IMG/VR virus record: IMGVR_UViG_3300037420_001874
Location: 117,219 to 181,218 of that record
Origin: a virus
Length of the DNA stretch: 64,000 nucleotides
Direction: 5' to 3' (one strand)
Part shown: piece by piece, positions 9,097-19,578 of the stretch
Numbering within the stretch: position 1 is the stretch's first letter
How the letters are laid out: each line of letters begins with the position of its first letter
Position numbers and translations under genes: made by a program
Notes under the pieces: generated by a model
What the model saw: only the letters and a program-made list of their open reading frames with translations
Database searches by the model: none
Told to the model about the DNA's origin: nothing

Positions 9097-12000
9097 ATGG
9101 CTTTCTCCGTTACCGGCTACGTCCTCGAAAAGCCCCGGGTCGGGACATCCAACTCCCCCTTCACGTCCTCGCCGGACAACGTCGTGTCCGACCCGTCGGC
9201 CTTCGATGCGGCTTTCCCCTCTTCGGAGGAGAACCCCCGGACCGAGTACCTGACGCTCGTGCTCTCGGATGGGGACTTGGCGAACGCGGAGTTCGGGTGG
9301 ACCAAGAATGAGGTCGTCAACCGGTTCGACTGGGACGGCCAGGGGCAGCGCTTCCGCACCCTGCCCGGTGCCCCTCCGATCACGATCGGCACCCTCAGCC
9401 CGACGGCCAACACCACGCGCCTGAAGGTCAGCCAGATCCCCGCCGACCCGGCAAAGCTCTCGCCCAGCGTGGCCCCTTTCCGGATCTCGGTGGGGACGAC
9501 CGGCTCGGGCGTGTCGTTCGTGGTCGATGTTGTGGCCGACGACGCGGCCCTCGTGGCCCCCGGCCTTCTGATGGGCCATGTCCGCTTGAGCCTCACCACG
9601 GGTAACTTGGCTTGGGCTTCGACGGACCTCTCTTCGTACAACGGGCAAGCGGTCCGGTTCCAGCCGCAGAGCTTCTTCTCGTTCAAGGAGTCAACGGGCC
9701 ACATCGGCGATGTGGGGGGCACGATCCTGCTCTCCCCGATCCCGGGCGCGGGGCAAAAGCCCCTTGTCCGGATCGGCTTTGGGCTTTGGCTCACGCCGGT
9801 GCAGGTCTTCTTCGATTTCGCGTTCTCCTCGAACCCGGCTCCGGGCACGTTCGAGTGGTCGCTCGCCACGGGCAAGATCAAGTTCAACTCGACCGACGTG
9901 GCCGCGTTCGCCGGCCTGCCGGTCTACTACGACGGGGTCCTCTTCGAGAAGAACCTCCGGCTCCCGTCGCAGAGCCTCAGCACAGTCGCTTCCCCCTCGT
10001 CGATCTTCGGGGTCCCTTCGGCAGGCTCAGACCTGGTCTTCCGGGCCACTTCGACGCTGCTCACGGGCGGGGGCACCATCATCGCCCCCAACCAGCTCCA
10101 GGATAGCTTCTCGTCGCTCACGTCCGTGGCCAAGGGGGACGTGGTCACGATCACCTCGGCGGGGCCCTACTTCGGGACTCGGCGGAAGGTGACGGCGGTG
10201 GCGGGGCAGGTGATCACCGTCCAGCCCCCTTTCCCGATCCGGGGGTCGGTGAGCTACGCGGTCGAGCGGCTCCACATCCAGTTCCCCGAGACCGTCCGCG
10301 TCGACAGCTTCGCTTCGGTTCCCGCCCCTCCTGCCCCGGGTGCGGGACAGGTCGAGGTCGACAGCCTCGGGGCCGTGCAGCTCTCGGCCCAAGATGTGGC
10401 CAACTATGGCTCGCTCGCGCTCAGCGTGGTCTTCGGGGACTTGCCGATCGAGCGTGGGGTCTCGCTCCGGCTCTTCCGTACCCCGGTCGATCCGAGCGGG
10501 ACCGAAGACGCCTACAAGGACGTGTCGGCGTTTTACTCGGTCGAGGGGGCGACTTTGGCGAGCCCCATCCAGCCGGTGCCTCTGCTCTTTCTGCCTTCGG
10601 TTCCGGTTGACGACCCGGCCTTCCCCACGACCATCACCGTCGAGCAGGGGACCGGAAGCTATACGGGCCAGCTCGCGCGGCTCGACACGCCCTCCCCCTC
10701 GGCAGGTCTCGGCTACTTCCTCGACCCCGACAAGCGAGAGTTTCACTTCGCCCAGCGCAAGAACGGGGTGATCGTCCAGCTCCCCTCTCCCGTGGGGGCA
10801 ACGGCTCTTCCTGACCCGCTCATCGACCCGGACAACCTCTCGCTTACCCTCGACCAGGGAGCGGGTCCGGTGGCCCTCACGCTCGGGACCGACGCCCTTC
10901 TCGATGCCCAGTCGGGGCTTCTGTCCTTCGTGGCGACCCAAGGCACGGTTCTCTTCAGCGGGCAAGCGACCCTGGCCTCGTCGAGTCTGACCGACCCGTC
11001 GCAGAACTTCTCCTCGGTGACGCAGGGCGACCTCGTGGTGATCGCCTCGGGGTCCGCAAAGGGGGTCTACACGGTGCTCTACGGGAGCGGCGCTTCTCTC
11101 TACGTGCAGCCCGCATTCCTCGCGTCAGGGACAGGGGTTTCGTACGAGGTCCGAAGGGGCAAAGAGACCTTGGCAGACCGATTCTTCCAAGAGGTCTCGC
11201 TGGCTGACCCGGCCACCAAGGTCGAGCGCATCCGGGCCCTTGGGGTGACGCAGAACTCCCCTCGTCTCTCCGTCGCGACGGCCGACGCCGCAAAGATCCG
11301 GTTTCGCTTTGGCGGGTCGACCTTCTCTTCGTCCGTCGTGACCGTGGCCAACGACGGGTCATTCACGAATCCGGCCTCGCTCAGCCCTCAGGTCGTCGAG
11401 GTGAGCCTCGCTACGGGGCACCTCAATTTCAGCTCCTCGGATGTGGCCTCTTCGCAGACGGTCTACGCGGTTCTTCTTCTCACCGAGCAGAAGGACTATC
11501 GCCTCGATGCCGTCCGGGGTCTCGTCCAGGTGACCGAGCGGCTTCTCTCGAACGACGAGCTTCTCCTGTCGTACATTCCGCTCGACAGCTCTGGGAACGC
11601 CCTCCCCCCTGTCGTGGAGCGGGGTACGTTCCTCGTTCGCAAGGAAGTCGGCTCGCATCCTTCCGAGGGCAACACCGTCACGTTCAACCCCCTCGGTCGC
11701 ACGGTAGCGAGCAACCCTCCACCGCAGGTCTATCGGGGCGGTCGGCCGCAGAGCAGCGCTCAGGTGTTGATCGACACGGCCACCTCGACCGTGACCTTCC
11801 AGCCGGACACGCAAGCGACCGATGCTCTGCCGCACGGGGCGGTAGTGGAGCCCGACGAGCGTATCTACATCGACTACTACGTCTACGAGGCGATCGGGGG
11901 CGAGAACACGACCAGCGTGCTTCAGCCTCCGATGCGGGTCACGCAGCTCACGCTCACCGACGGATCGTCATCGTTCACCCTCCCCGGCAACCGGATCTCG

Positions 12001-15000
12001 GACTTCCCTACGTTGTGTCTGCTCCGCGTGGCGGGCTCGGAGGTCTACCTTCTCCAGAGTCCCTACTACGACGGGACGAACACCACCATTTCTCTGGTCT
12101 ACCCGCAGACGTTCCGGAGCGACCAGACGCGCCCGAAGATCGAGGTCTCTTCGGGCCCCACGAGGGTGCTGGCGGGGTATCTGCTCCCGAGCTACTTCGT
12201 CCTTGAATCGAGCTACGAGACCGTGCCTCGGGGTATGAACAAGGTTCGCGTCCCCGGGGATGCCACGGCGTCGTACCGGACTGGAACGGTGCTCGTCTTT
12301 GTCGATGGGGGCGGGAGCCCCTTGGCCTTTTACGCGGTCACGGGGGCTTCGTACGACAGTGAGAGGGACCGTACCGAGATCACCCTCGCGACCAACACCT
12401 TCCAGCAGTTCACCCCCGGCACCCACCAACTTCGCCGGAGCCTTCGTCCCATCTACGATTCGGTGACCAAGGAGGTGCAGACCGCTCGGGTGCCGATCCT
12501 CACCGAAAGCTACACGGTCTTCCGTCAGGTCGAGGGCCAGGTGGGGCAGGTTCTTGCTGCTGGCACCGACTACACGATCGACGATGGGGGCAAGGTAACG
12601 TTCACTTCGGCGCTCGGGGCCGGTGAGGAGTTCTCGATCTTCTACGTGGGCCATACTTTGGTCAGTGGCCAGCTCACGGCCTCGTACACGACCAGCATCG
12701 CCCCGAACGCGAGCAACGGCCTCGCGGGGCAGACTCTTTCGGCGAACTACTGGGTTTTCAACCCGGATACGTTCTTCTACCGGGTCGAGACGCTGACCAA
12801 CTTCCGAGGCGAGGTGGCCGAGCAATACAAGACGGCGGCCAAGGCGTCGGTGCCTTCATTCGGCCCGGTCACGAGCAACGCCTCGGGGCAGAAGCTCTAC
12901 GAGCAAGGGCGGGAGTCGGTCTTCTTCTCCGAGGGCCGGCTCAAAAATGAAGACGTGGTGGCCCGCGCCACCCTCAAGTTCTACAACGACCTCATCCACT
13001 ACCTCGAAGATGTTCTTCAGAACCTCGATGGACGCGTGGTGGGCGACTACGACGGGCGCTTTCAGTTCGACGGCTCGACGGGCGCAGAGGTTGCCTCGTT
13101 TGATCTGGCGACCAACCAGATCGACGACCGCATCAAAATCTCGGATTTTCCCGTGCTCGTGCAGTCGATTTCGCCGCTGGTCACGGTGTCGATCGGAACG
13201 TGGCTTCGGGCCTGGGAGCCGAGCGCGTTTAGCCGGTTCTACCCCACGCGCCGGGTGTGCTTTGGCGTCGCAACCGATGGCATGGGAGGGGGCGGATCGA
13301 ACCCCGCGACCGGCACGCCGATTGTGGACTTCGAGACCAAGAACCTGACTTCGGTGTCAACCATTGCCCGTCGCGCTCCCCGGGCCCGGGTCATGTCCGA
13401 TGCCGTGGTGGGGCAGAGCACCCTTCAGGTCGACCATGCCGACGCCCAGAGCGATCCGGTTCTTCGGCCCACGTTTGCCGCTGACATGCGCCTCGTCATC
13501 CCTGGCTACGTGGACGACCCTTCGTATGTCACGGTCACGGCCGTCAGCTCGACGAGCATCTCGTTCACCCCCGCGCTCACGGTGGCGGTCCCTCGCGGGG
13601 CGACCATCACGCTCTCGGCCTCGGATTCGGTGAGCAACACTCCGGCGGGATACCAGAAGACCTTCCGCCCGGGGTTCGATTTGGGCGTCGACCTCGAAAA
13701 GGGACAGCTCTCCTACGTCCAGCCCTACTTCCCCTTCGACGGGACCTTCCCCGGGGTGCCGGCCGAGCTGTCGGTGCAGACCCCGGACCTTGGCGATCAG
13801 CTCCAGGCCGAAGCCGGCCTGATGAACTCCGAGACTGCTCCGGTCAAGTTCCCGGCTCTCTACGGTGAGGCCGTGGACGACGACGGGGATCAAAGGGTGC
13901 CTCTCATCAACCCGAGCCTCGACCAAGAGACAGGCTCCTACACCCTCGAAGCCCAGCTCATCACGGCCCTTCAGGCTGTCACGGCGCCCTTCACGGGTTC
14001 GGGCACGCTGAACGTCGCTCGCACCCAGATCACGAGCACCACGGTTTTCGGCTCCCCGGCCCCGCAGGCGGGAGACCTCGTGGCCATCACCTCGGGGGCG
14101 AACGCCGACTTCTCTTCGCCGCACAACATCGCCAGCTACCGTCGCATCGCGAGCGTTGTGGGCAGCGTCATCACGATCGAGTCGGGCAACCCCTTCCCCT
14201 ACGTGGACGCGGGCACGATCTCGTACGTGGTCGGGGTGAGCACGTCGGTGGCTTCGGGGGCGGGTACGGCAAGCTTCCCTTCGTCTACCCGGATCAAGGA
14301 CCTCGGGGCGACGTTCATCACGGCCGGCGTCCTGCCCGGCTACACGGTGGTGATCCTCTCGGGGGCGGGCATCCTCACGCGCCGGCAGGTCCTCTACGTG
14401 GCCAGCCAGACCGAAATCGAGGTCGACCAACCGTTCACGAGCTTGGTCGCCGGGCAGAGCTACCGCATCACCAAGTCGCTTCTCTCCTACGGGGTGGCTT
14501 CGCAGCTCTCGGCAGCGCTCGTGACCGAAAAGAGCGTGCTCTCGGTCAATGACCACACTATCGACCCCACGGTCATCAATAGCGAGCTGGTGGCCATCGG
14601 CCGCTTCTTCGACTTGGTCTTTACGGACCTGCTCTCGCCCGCAACGCACTCGGCCTCGGTTTCGGGTACGGCCTTGACGGCGACCGATCTGGTGGACTTC
14701 ACGGCCGCGGGGATCGACTCCTCGCACTACGTCTACATCGAGAGCGGGTCGAATGCGGGCGTCTACCCGGTCTCAGCGGTGGGGGGCCCGACGAGCCTTT
14801 CTGTTGAAACCGCTTTCCCCGTCGCTGGCTCGGTGAGCTACCGCATCTGCAAGGCGTTCGGGGTGGGCAAGAAGACCCTCGCCGCTGTCTCTTCGGTCCA
14901 GGGCCCGCTGGTCGATTTCGTGGCCTCGGTGGACGCAATGCTGGCTATCGTGGACGCGGCCCCGGTCATCGGGTCGGGCAACGTCACCGATCTGACCATG

Positions 15001-15270
15001 TACGCCACGCGCGTCTATCCGTCGGACCTGACGGCTCGGCTCGCCGATATCACGACCCGCCAGACGGACGTGACCTCGGCGGTGGCGGCCTTGTCGGCGG
15101 CGCTCAGCTCGGGCGAGCGGCTCTACGACAAGCGCTACGCCTGGATCGACGCCCGGGTGAACCTCGAAAAGGGGCTCTTGCCCAAGATCGCCCGTGCGGC
15201 GGCTGACCGGGTCAAGGCCCAGACCGAGGCGTTGAATCAGCTTATCAAGCTTCTCGCTGTAGAGTCATGA
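9097..15270 (+). CDS. Giant (2057 aa) baseplate/tail structural protein with repeated beta modules
   Basis: Long codon-biased ORF, beta-rich, at least 5 copies of a ~55-60 aa G(V)..GD.V.I.SG...G.Y.V module, helical C-terminus; located in the baseplate cluster. Confidence 0.65.
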   Translation: MAFSVTGYVLEKPRVGTSNSPFTSSPDNVVSDPSAFDAAFPSSEENPRTEYLTLVLSDGDLANAEFGWTKNEVVNRFDWDGQGQRFRTLPGAPPITIGTLSPTANTTRLKVSQIPADPAKLSPSVAPFRISVGTTGSGVSFVVDVVADDAALVAPGLLMGHVRLSLTTGNLAWASTDLSSYNGQAVRFQPQSFFSFKESTGHIGDVGGTILLSPIPGAGQKPLVRIGFGLWLTPVQVFFDFAFSSNPAPGTFEWSLATGKIKFNSTDVAAFAGLPVYYDGVLFEKNLRLPSQSLSTVASPSSIFGVPSAGSDLVFRATSTLLTGGGTIIAPNQLQDSFSSLTSVAKGDVVTITSAGPYFGTRRKVTAVAGQVITVQPPFPIRGSVSYAVERLHIQFPETVRVDSFASVPAPPAPGAGQVEVDSLGAVQLSAQDVANYGSLALSVVFGDLPIERGVSLRLFRTPVDPSGTEDAYKDVSAFYSVEGATLASPIQPVPLLFLPSVPVDDPAFPTTITVEQGTGSYTGQLARLDTPSPSAGLGYFLDPDKREFHFAQRKNGVIVQLPSPVGATALPDPLIDPDNLSLTLDQGAGPVALTLGTDALLDAQSGLLSFVATQGTVLFSGQATLASSSLTDPSQNFSSVTQGDLVVIASGSAKGVYTVLYGSGASLYVQPAFLASGTGVSYEVRRGKETLADRFFQEVSLADPATKVERIRALGVTQNSPRLSVATADAAKIRFRFGGSTFSSSVVTVANDGSFTNPASLSPQVVEVSLATGHLNFSSSDVASSQTVYAVLLLTEQKDYRLDAVRGLVQVTERLLSNDELLLSYIPLDSSGNALPPVVERGTFLVRKEVGSHPSEGNTVTFNPLGRTVASNPPPQVYRGGRPQSSAQVLIDTATSTVTFQPDTQATDALPHGAVVEPDERIYIDYYVYEAIGGENTTSVLQPPMRVTQLTLTDGSSSFTLPGNRISDFPTLCLLRVAGSEVYLLQSPYYDGTNTTISLVYPQTFRSDQTRPKIEVSSGPTRVLAGYLLPSYFVLESSYETVPRGMNKVRVPGDATASYRTGTVLVFVDGGGSPLAFYAVTGASYDSERDRTEITLATNTFQQFTPGTHQLRRSLRPIYDSVTKEVQTARVPILTESYTVFRQVEGQVGQVLAAGTDYTIDDGGKVTFTSALGAGEEFSIFYVGHTLVSGQLTASYTTSIAPNASNGLAGQTLSANYWVFNPDTFFYRVETLTNFRGEVAEQYKTAAKASVPSFGPVTSNASGQKLYEQGRESVFFSEGRLKNEDVVARATLKFYNDLIHYLEDVLQNLDGRVVGDYDGRFQFDGSTGAEVASFDLATNQIDDRIKISDFPVLVQSISPLVTVSIGTWLRAWEPSAFSRFYPTRRVCFGVATDGMGGGGSNPATGTPIVDFETKNLTSVSTIARRAPRARVMSDAVVGQSTLQVDHADAQSDPVLRPTFAADMRLVIPGYVDDPSYVTVTAVSSTSISFTPALTVAVPRGATITLSASDSVSNTPAGYQKTFRPGFDLGVDLEKGQLSYVQPYFPFDGTFPGVPAELSVQTPDLGDQLQAEAGLMNSETAPVKFPALYGEAVDDDGDQRVPLINPSLDQETGSYTLEAQLITALQAVTAPFTGSGTLNVARTQITSTTVFGSPAPQAGDLVAITSGANADFSSPHNIASYRRIASVVGSVITIESGNPFPYVDAGTISYVVGVSTSVASGAGTASFPSSTRIKDLGATFITAGVLPGYTVVILSGAGILTRRQVLYVASQTEIEVDQPFTSLVAGQSYRITKSLLSYGVASQLSAALVTEKSVLSVNDHTIDPTVINSELVAIGRFFDLVFTDLLSPATHSASVSGTALTATDLVDFTAAGIDSSHYVYIESGSNAGVYPVSAVGGPTSLSVETAFPVAGSVSYRICKAFGVGKKTLAAVSSVQGPLVDFVASVDAMLAIVDAAPVIGSGNVTDLTMYATRVYPSDLTARLADITTRQTDVTSAVAALSAALSSGERLYDKRYAWIDARVNLEKGLLPKIARAAADRVKAQTEALNQLIKLLAVES

Positions 15271-15461
15271 TGAACGAAGATGAAAAGCCCGAGGCCCCCG
15301 CCGAGACGCCCTCCGAGCCGCCCAAGGCGAGCTGGGAGCGGCGCGAGACGTTTGCGCTGAACGATCGGATGCGGGAGGTGATCTCGAAGACGGCCGAGGC
15401 TGTCAACGCCGAGATCGCCTCCCTTCAGCGCAAGATCGACAAGCTGACCTACGGAGGCTGA
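15267..15461 (+). CDS. Small hypothetical coiled-coil protein (64 aa)
   Basis: ATGA overlap with the previous gene and fills the gap; helical C-terminus (VNAEIASLQRKIDKL). Confidence 0.6.
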   Translation: MMNEDEKPEAPAETPSEPPKASWERRETFALNDRMREVISKTAEAVNAEIASLQRKIDKLTYGG

Positions 15462-15462
15462 C

Positions 15463-17697
15463 GTGGCGGGTACGGCGGAATGGAAGGCGCTAACCGTCAA
15501 GGCCCCGGGCAAGGACTATCTTGAGAAGGCCCGGAACGTCCTTGAGACGCTCGTTCTTTACCTGGAAATCCTGAAGTCGATTCTCCAGACCATCGAGCTT
15601 TTCCTCATCGACTTCGGCAACCCCATCCGGGCCCTCGTCGAGGCCCTGCTCAAGCTCGTCCAGCAGCTCTTCGAGGCGCTCTCGCAGACGGGGGTATTCG
15701 CTTACTACGACGTGCCCACGTCCGCCAAGGACCCGAGCTTTCATCGCTTTGTGGGCGGCTACCAGGGCTTCACCCAGCGCTTCATCGGCTCGCTTCACGA
15801 CCGGCGGGACCCCTGGCGCCCGCAGCCTTCCCCCGGCATCACGAAGAGCGCTTTTTTGCTCATCGTGGCCGACGCCGAAACGGTCTTCGGGCTTCTGCGG
15901 CTTCTGAAGATCCTGATGCGGTTCTTCGGCAAGGACTTCCTCTCGCCGCAGTACGCCGCGCCGGCCAACGCCAAGGTCCGGCTCGTCGGGGCAAAGCCGG
16001 GATCTTCGGCCGAGAAGGGGACCGACCCGATCTTGCAGGTGGCAAGCGTCTTTACCTCGTCGCTGAAGGGCCTGGCGGTCGAGTGGTCCTTGCCGACCAA
16101 CACCCTGCCGCCGGACCCGGGCTTTCAGGGACTCGTGACCCACGCCGCTCGTGAGTTCATCCCGACCAAATTCCTCATCGAGAAGACGAGCGAGGTCGGG
16201 GGGCCGAAGCCGGTCTACGATACCATCCCCACCGTCTTCGAGGACAAGTCGGGACGGATCATCAACCGCAAGGTCAAGGTGGTGGAGGAGCACGGCGACG
16301 TGTTCCGGAAGTTCGAGAAGTACATCGTCGTGAGCCCTAGCGAGAGCACGGCGACGTTCCTTCTCGGCCAGCTTGGCACCTTCCGCTACGTCGACACCGA
16401 CGTGGAGAAGGACAAGACCTATTACTACCGTGTCCGGGCCTTCTCCGGGCCTTTGGCTGTCAATGCCGACGGGACGATGACCTTCGGGGCGATGCGGTTC
16501 GACCCCATCTCCGGGGGGTATGTGATGGAGTGGCCGTCCTCGGAGGGCGGCTCGAACGCTCCTGTCATCGGCCGACCGACGGGGATCATGTCGGGCCGGG
16601 TTCCGACCGTGCCGACCGACTTCGATGTGATCGGCAACCTCGAAAAGGTCTTCCTTGCGGCCTACTCGATGGGCTTTCACCTGCCCGCCGACGAGAACGC
16701 GAAGTTCGACCCCAAGACGGGCAAGAACATCGACGGCACCTCGGTCATCCAGATCGGCCGCGGGTCGCTCGCGGACGTGGGCGGAGTTCTTTCGAGCCTG
16801 CTCATCCCCACCTTCGAGGCCCCTCCGAAGGCCGAGCCGGACCCCGTCTCGGGCGCCTACCCGGACGTATATTTCAACTTCTTTTTCACCAAGCAGCAGG
16901 CCCGGAGGCTCGCTCAGACCGTGGGCCGCGCTCTGCTCGAAAACAGCGAGCAGCTCGCCCCTTTCCGGACCCTGATGCGGGGGGCGCTCAAGTACCCCCT
17001 TTCGGGGGCCGTGGGCAACGTGGCCGGGGTGAACACGACCGAGGAGATGGTCGCGGGTTTCACCAAGCTTCCGGCCAAAGTTCCGCGCCCGGACGCTCCC
17101 GCGCTCACGGCCGAGGAAGAGGCCGACCCTCTCGGAGGCTCGAACAACGCGGCGTACATCTCGTTCCCGGAGCTGTACGCCCCGGACGTGTACGCAACGT
17201 TCCAGTACGCTTATACCTCGGCCGAGTTTCGTCTGAACCTGCTCGCGATCGTGCGGTTCATCAAATCGTTCACTCTGGGCGGTACGCCGCCTGACTGGCA
17301 GTCGGCAAGCCTTCTGCGGGACATTATCCCATGGTCGGGCAAGTTCCTCTATGACCTGCTCGCCAGGATCGACGCCCTGCTCGCGGCGTTCAAGTCGGTG
17401 CTCGACGAGATCAAGAGCTTCATCGACCTGCTCGTACGCAAGATCGAGGTTCTGGAACGCTTCCTCAAGTTTCTGATCGAGATCCTGAACTTCCTCGACT
17501 CGTTCAGTGCGGGCTTTTACTTCCTGAAGTCTCCGTCGATGGGCGGCGGAGTCGACGAGTGGCGGGACGTGGTGCTCAACGCCGGGGGCACGCCCCCTCC
17601 GTCGGGCCCCGGGGGCTACACGGGCGGCGTTGCCCTGGCCTACGTCGCGCCCGATATCGCCGCGTTCGAGACCGCCCTAGGCATCCTCTTCGGGTGA
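15463..17697 (+). CDS. Hypothetical baseplate-associated protein (amphipathic helices plus FnIII-like segment)
   Basis: 744 aa, GGAGG before the GTG start. FnIII-like FRYVDTDVEKDKTYYYRVRAFS; Leu/Ile-rich helices at both ends. Confidence 0.55.
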   Translation: MAGTAEWKALTVKAPGKDYLEKARNVLETLVLYLEILKSILQTIELFLIDFGNPIRALVEALLKLVQQLFEALSQTGVFAYYDVPTSAKDPSFHRFVGGYQGFTQRFIGSLHDRRDPWRPQPSPGITKSAFLLIVADAETVFGLLRLLKILMRFFGKDFLSPQYAAPANAKVRLVGAKPGSSAEKGTDPILQVASVFTSSLKGLAVEWSLPTNTLPPDPGFQGLVTHAAREFIPTKFLIEKTSEVGGPKPVYDTIPTVFEDKSGRIINRKVKVVEEHGDVFRKFEKYIVVSPSESTATFLLGQLGTFRYVDTDVEKDKTYYYRVRAFSGPLAVNADGTMTFGAMRFDPISGGYVMEWPSSEGGSNAPVIGRPTGIMSGRVPTVPTDFDVIGNLEKVFLAAYSMGFHLPADENAKFDPKTGKNIDGTSVIQIGRGSLADVGGVLSSLLIPTFEAPPKAEPDPVSGAYPDVYFNFFFTKQQARRLAQTVGRALLENSEQLAPFRTLMRGALKYPLSGAVGNVAGVNTTEEMVAGFTKLPAKVPRPDAPALTAEEEADPLGGSNNAAYISFPELYAPDVYATFQYAYTSAEFRLNLLAIVRFIKSFTLGGTPPDWQSASLLRDIIPWSGKFLYDLLARIDALLAAFKSVLDEIKSFIDLLVRKIEVLERFLKFLIEILNFLDSFSAGFYFLKSPSMGGGVDEWRDVVLNAGGTPPPSGPGGYTGGVALAYVAPDIAAFETALGILFG

Positions 17698-17701
17698 GAC
17701 C

Positions 17702-18442
17702 ATGCTGGACTTCCTCGGCACCTTCAACAAGTCCCAGTTCGAGCGGCTCGCGGCCTACGCCCGGGCTCAGCTTCCGCTCGTCTCGGCCCGCATCGCCCAC
17801 CTCTCGAACGAGCTGCTTCGGGTGGGGGTGCTCGTCATGCGCCGCAACGAGAAGCAGGACCCGATCGGGTACATGCCGAGCCCCCCTACGTCCTACCTCG
17901 CGAAGCTCCTCTCGGCCTACGAGGTCCTCGGGGGCGACCCCTTCTTCGACCTTCAGATCCGGAGCTACACCGACCCGATCTACCTCCTTCAAGGCGACGA
18001 GGCGATCTCGGCCAAGATGCTCTCCAGCGGTGAGCCCTGGCCCGAAAGGGTCTTGGCCGATGCCCCCTCGGCCCTTCTTGTGGGCCAGATCCGGGGCACG
18101 ATGGAGGACGTTATCGCCCGGCGGGAAGCCCTCGAACGCAAGATCCGCCGCTGCCTCGACTACGGCGACCAGATCACGGCCGAGATCGAAATGCTTCGCA
18201 AGGTCCGGGCGGCGAGCGATACCGCGGGCTCTCTCGAAGCCATGATCGCCGAAGTCCTCTTGCTCATCAACGACCCGACCTACCGAGCGGTTCCCGACGA
18301 CAAGGGCCGGGACCCGTACGGCAAGCTCGCCAAGGCCCCCTTTTCTTCTTTCGAGTCGGGAGGAGACAGGGACGACGAGTTCGCCGGACCCGGGGCCACG
18401 CGCGAGAACACGGGCCTTGTCGATAACGGAGAGGATGTATGA
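17702..18442 (+). CDS. Hypothetical protein (246 aa)
   Basis: Codon-biased ORF tightly packed in the operon; no family recognised. Confidence 0.6.
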   Translation: MLDFLGTFNKSQFERLAAYARAQLPLVSARIAHLSNELLRVGVLVMRRNEKQDPIGYMPSPPTSYLAKLLSAYEVLGGDPFFDLQIRSYTDPIYLLQGDEAISAKMLSSGEPWPERVLADAPSALLVGQIRGTMEDVIARREALERKIRRCLDYGDQITAEIEMLRKVRAASDTAGSLEAMIAEVLLLINDPTYRAVPDDKGRDPYGKLAKAPFSSFESGGDRDDEFAGPGATRENTGLVDNGEDV

Positions 18443-19575
18443 GCTACGACCGACAACTAGACCAGCTCTGCCCCCACCTCGTGGTCGAGGAGCTGCTCAC
18501 GTTCGAGGGCGACCGGCAGACGGTGATCCCGGTCCGGCCGATCTCCTCGCTCGAATCGGTCAAGGTCCGGTTGAACGGTGCCGTCGAGGTGCCGTTCGAT
18601 GGCGTGCTCACGACGGCGCAGGTGCGGGGCACCAAGACCGGACCTTTCACCATCACCCAAGCGACCAACGAGCTGAGGGTCCGGGTGCATGGGGGCGCCC
18701 CGCAGGTGGTGACCCTTCCGGTCGGAACGCGGATTGCGGCCGATAAGATCGCCTACCAGCTCAACCGGGCCCTCCCTTCGCTGTACTTCTCCGTCGACCG
18801 GGGTGCGATCCTTGTCCAGACCCAGCTCTCGGGGCCCGAGGCGTCCTTCTACATCCTGGGGGGCAGCACCCTCTGTTCGGTCCTTGGCCTGCCCCAGAAC
18901 CGTAACTACCGCGGCCAGCAGGTGGTGCCGGGCTGGACGCTCGTAAACGACCCGAACACGCTTCTTGACCGTCCGGTCCGCATGGTGGTCTTCGACAAGC
19001 CCCTGCGCGGCTTCGACGACTTCATCGAGGTCAACTACACCACCATCCGGCAGGAGTGCCGGAGGTGCGGGGGGCTGGGAGTCGAGAACGATTGGCGCTA
19101 CGGCCAAGACGGCAATGTTGTTGAGGTGCGGGACGAGGCCCTGCTCATCCAGGAAATGATGAAGGCGACCTACACGGCCAAGGGGTCGAACCCCTTCCAC
19201 CCGTGGTACGGCTCTTCGATCCTGGAGCAGGTGGGGCAGAAGATCAGTGCCTCGGGGCTCGTCCAGAACATCATCGTCTCAGACATCTACCGGGTCTTTC
19301 AGAAGTGGCAGGAGATCAAGACCGACCAGGAGCAGAAGGTCGGGCAGTTCGTCTCCGATGCGGAGTTCCCGTTTCAGCTTCTCGGTGTGAACATCGAGCA
19401 GAGCCAGCAGGACCCCACGGTCTTCTACGTGAACGTGGACATCCGAAGCCGGTCGCTCAAGCCGATCCAGCTCTCCCGTGGCCTCCGCGTTCCCCAGCCG
19501 ACAGACCTCCTCGGGAGCACGGCGGCACAGGGCGTCTTTCGACAATCTCTTCGTTCGTACTCCCAGGTGGACTGA
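18439..19575 (+). CDS. Baseplate wedge / sheath-initiator protein (gp25/gpW-like C-terminal domain)
   Basis: LLIQEMMKATYTAKGSNPFHPWYGSSIL...VNIEQSQQDPTVFYVNVDIRS resembles gp25. Preceded by CRRCGG; directly upstream of the J-like gene. Confidence 0.75.
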   Translation: MSYDRQLDQLCPHLVVEELLTFEGDRQTVIPVRPISSLESVKVRLNGAVEVPFDGVLTTAQVRGTKTGPFTITQATNELRVRVHGGAPQVVTLPVGTRIAADKIAYQLNRALPSLYFSVDRGAILVQTQLSGPEASFYILGGSTLCSVLGLPQNRNYRGQQVVPGWTLVNDPNTLLDRPVRMVVFDKPLRGFDDFIEVNYTTIRQECRRCGGLGVENDWRYGQDGNVVEVRDEALLIQEMMKATYTAKGSNPFHPWYGSSILEQVGQKISASGLVQNIIVSDIYRVFQKWQEIKTDQEQKVGQFVSDAEFPFQLLGVNIEQSQQDPTVFYVNVDIRSRSLKPIQLSRGLRVPQPTDLLGSTAAQGVFRQSLRSYSQVD

Positions 19576-19578
19576 CCC

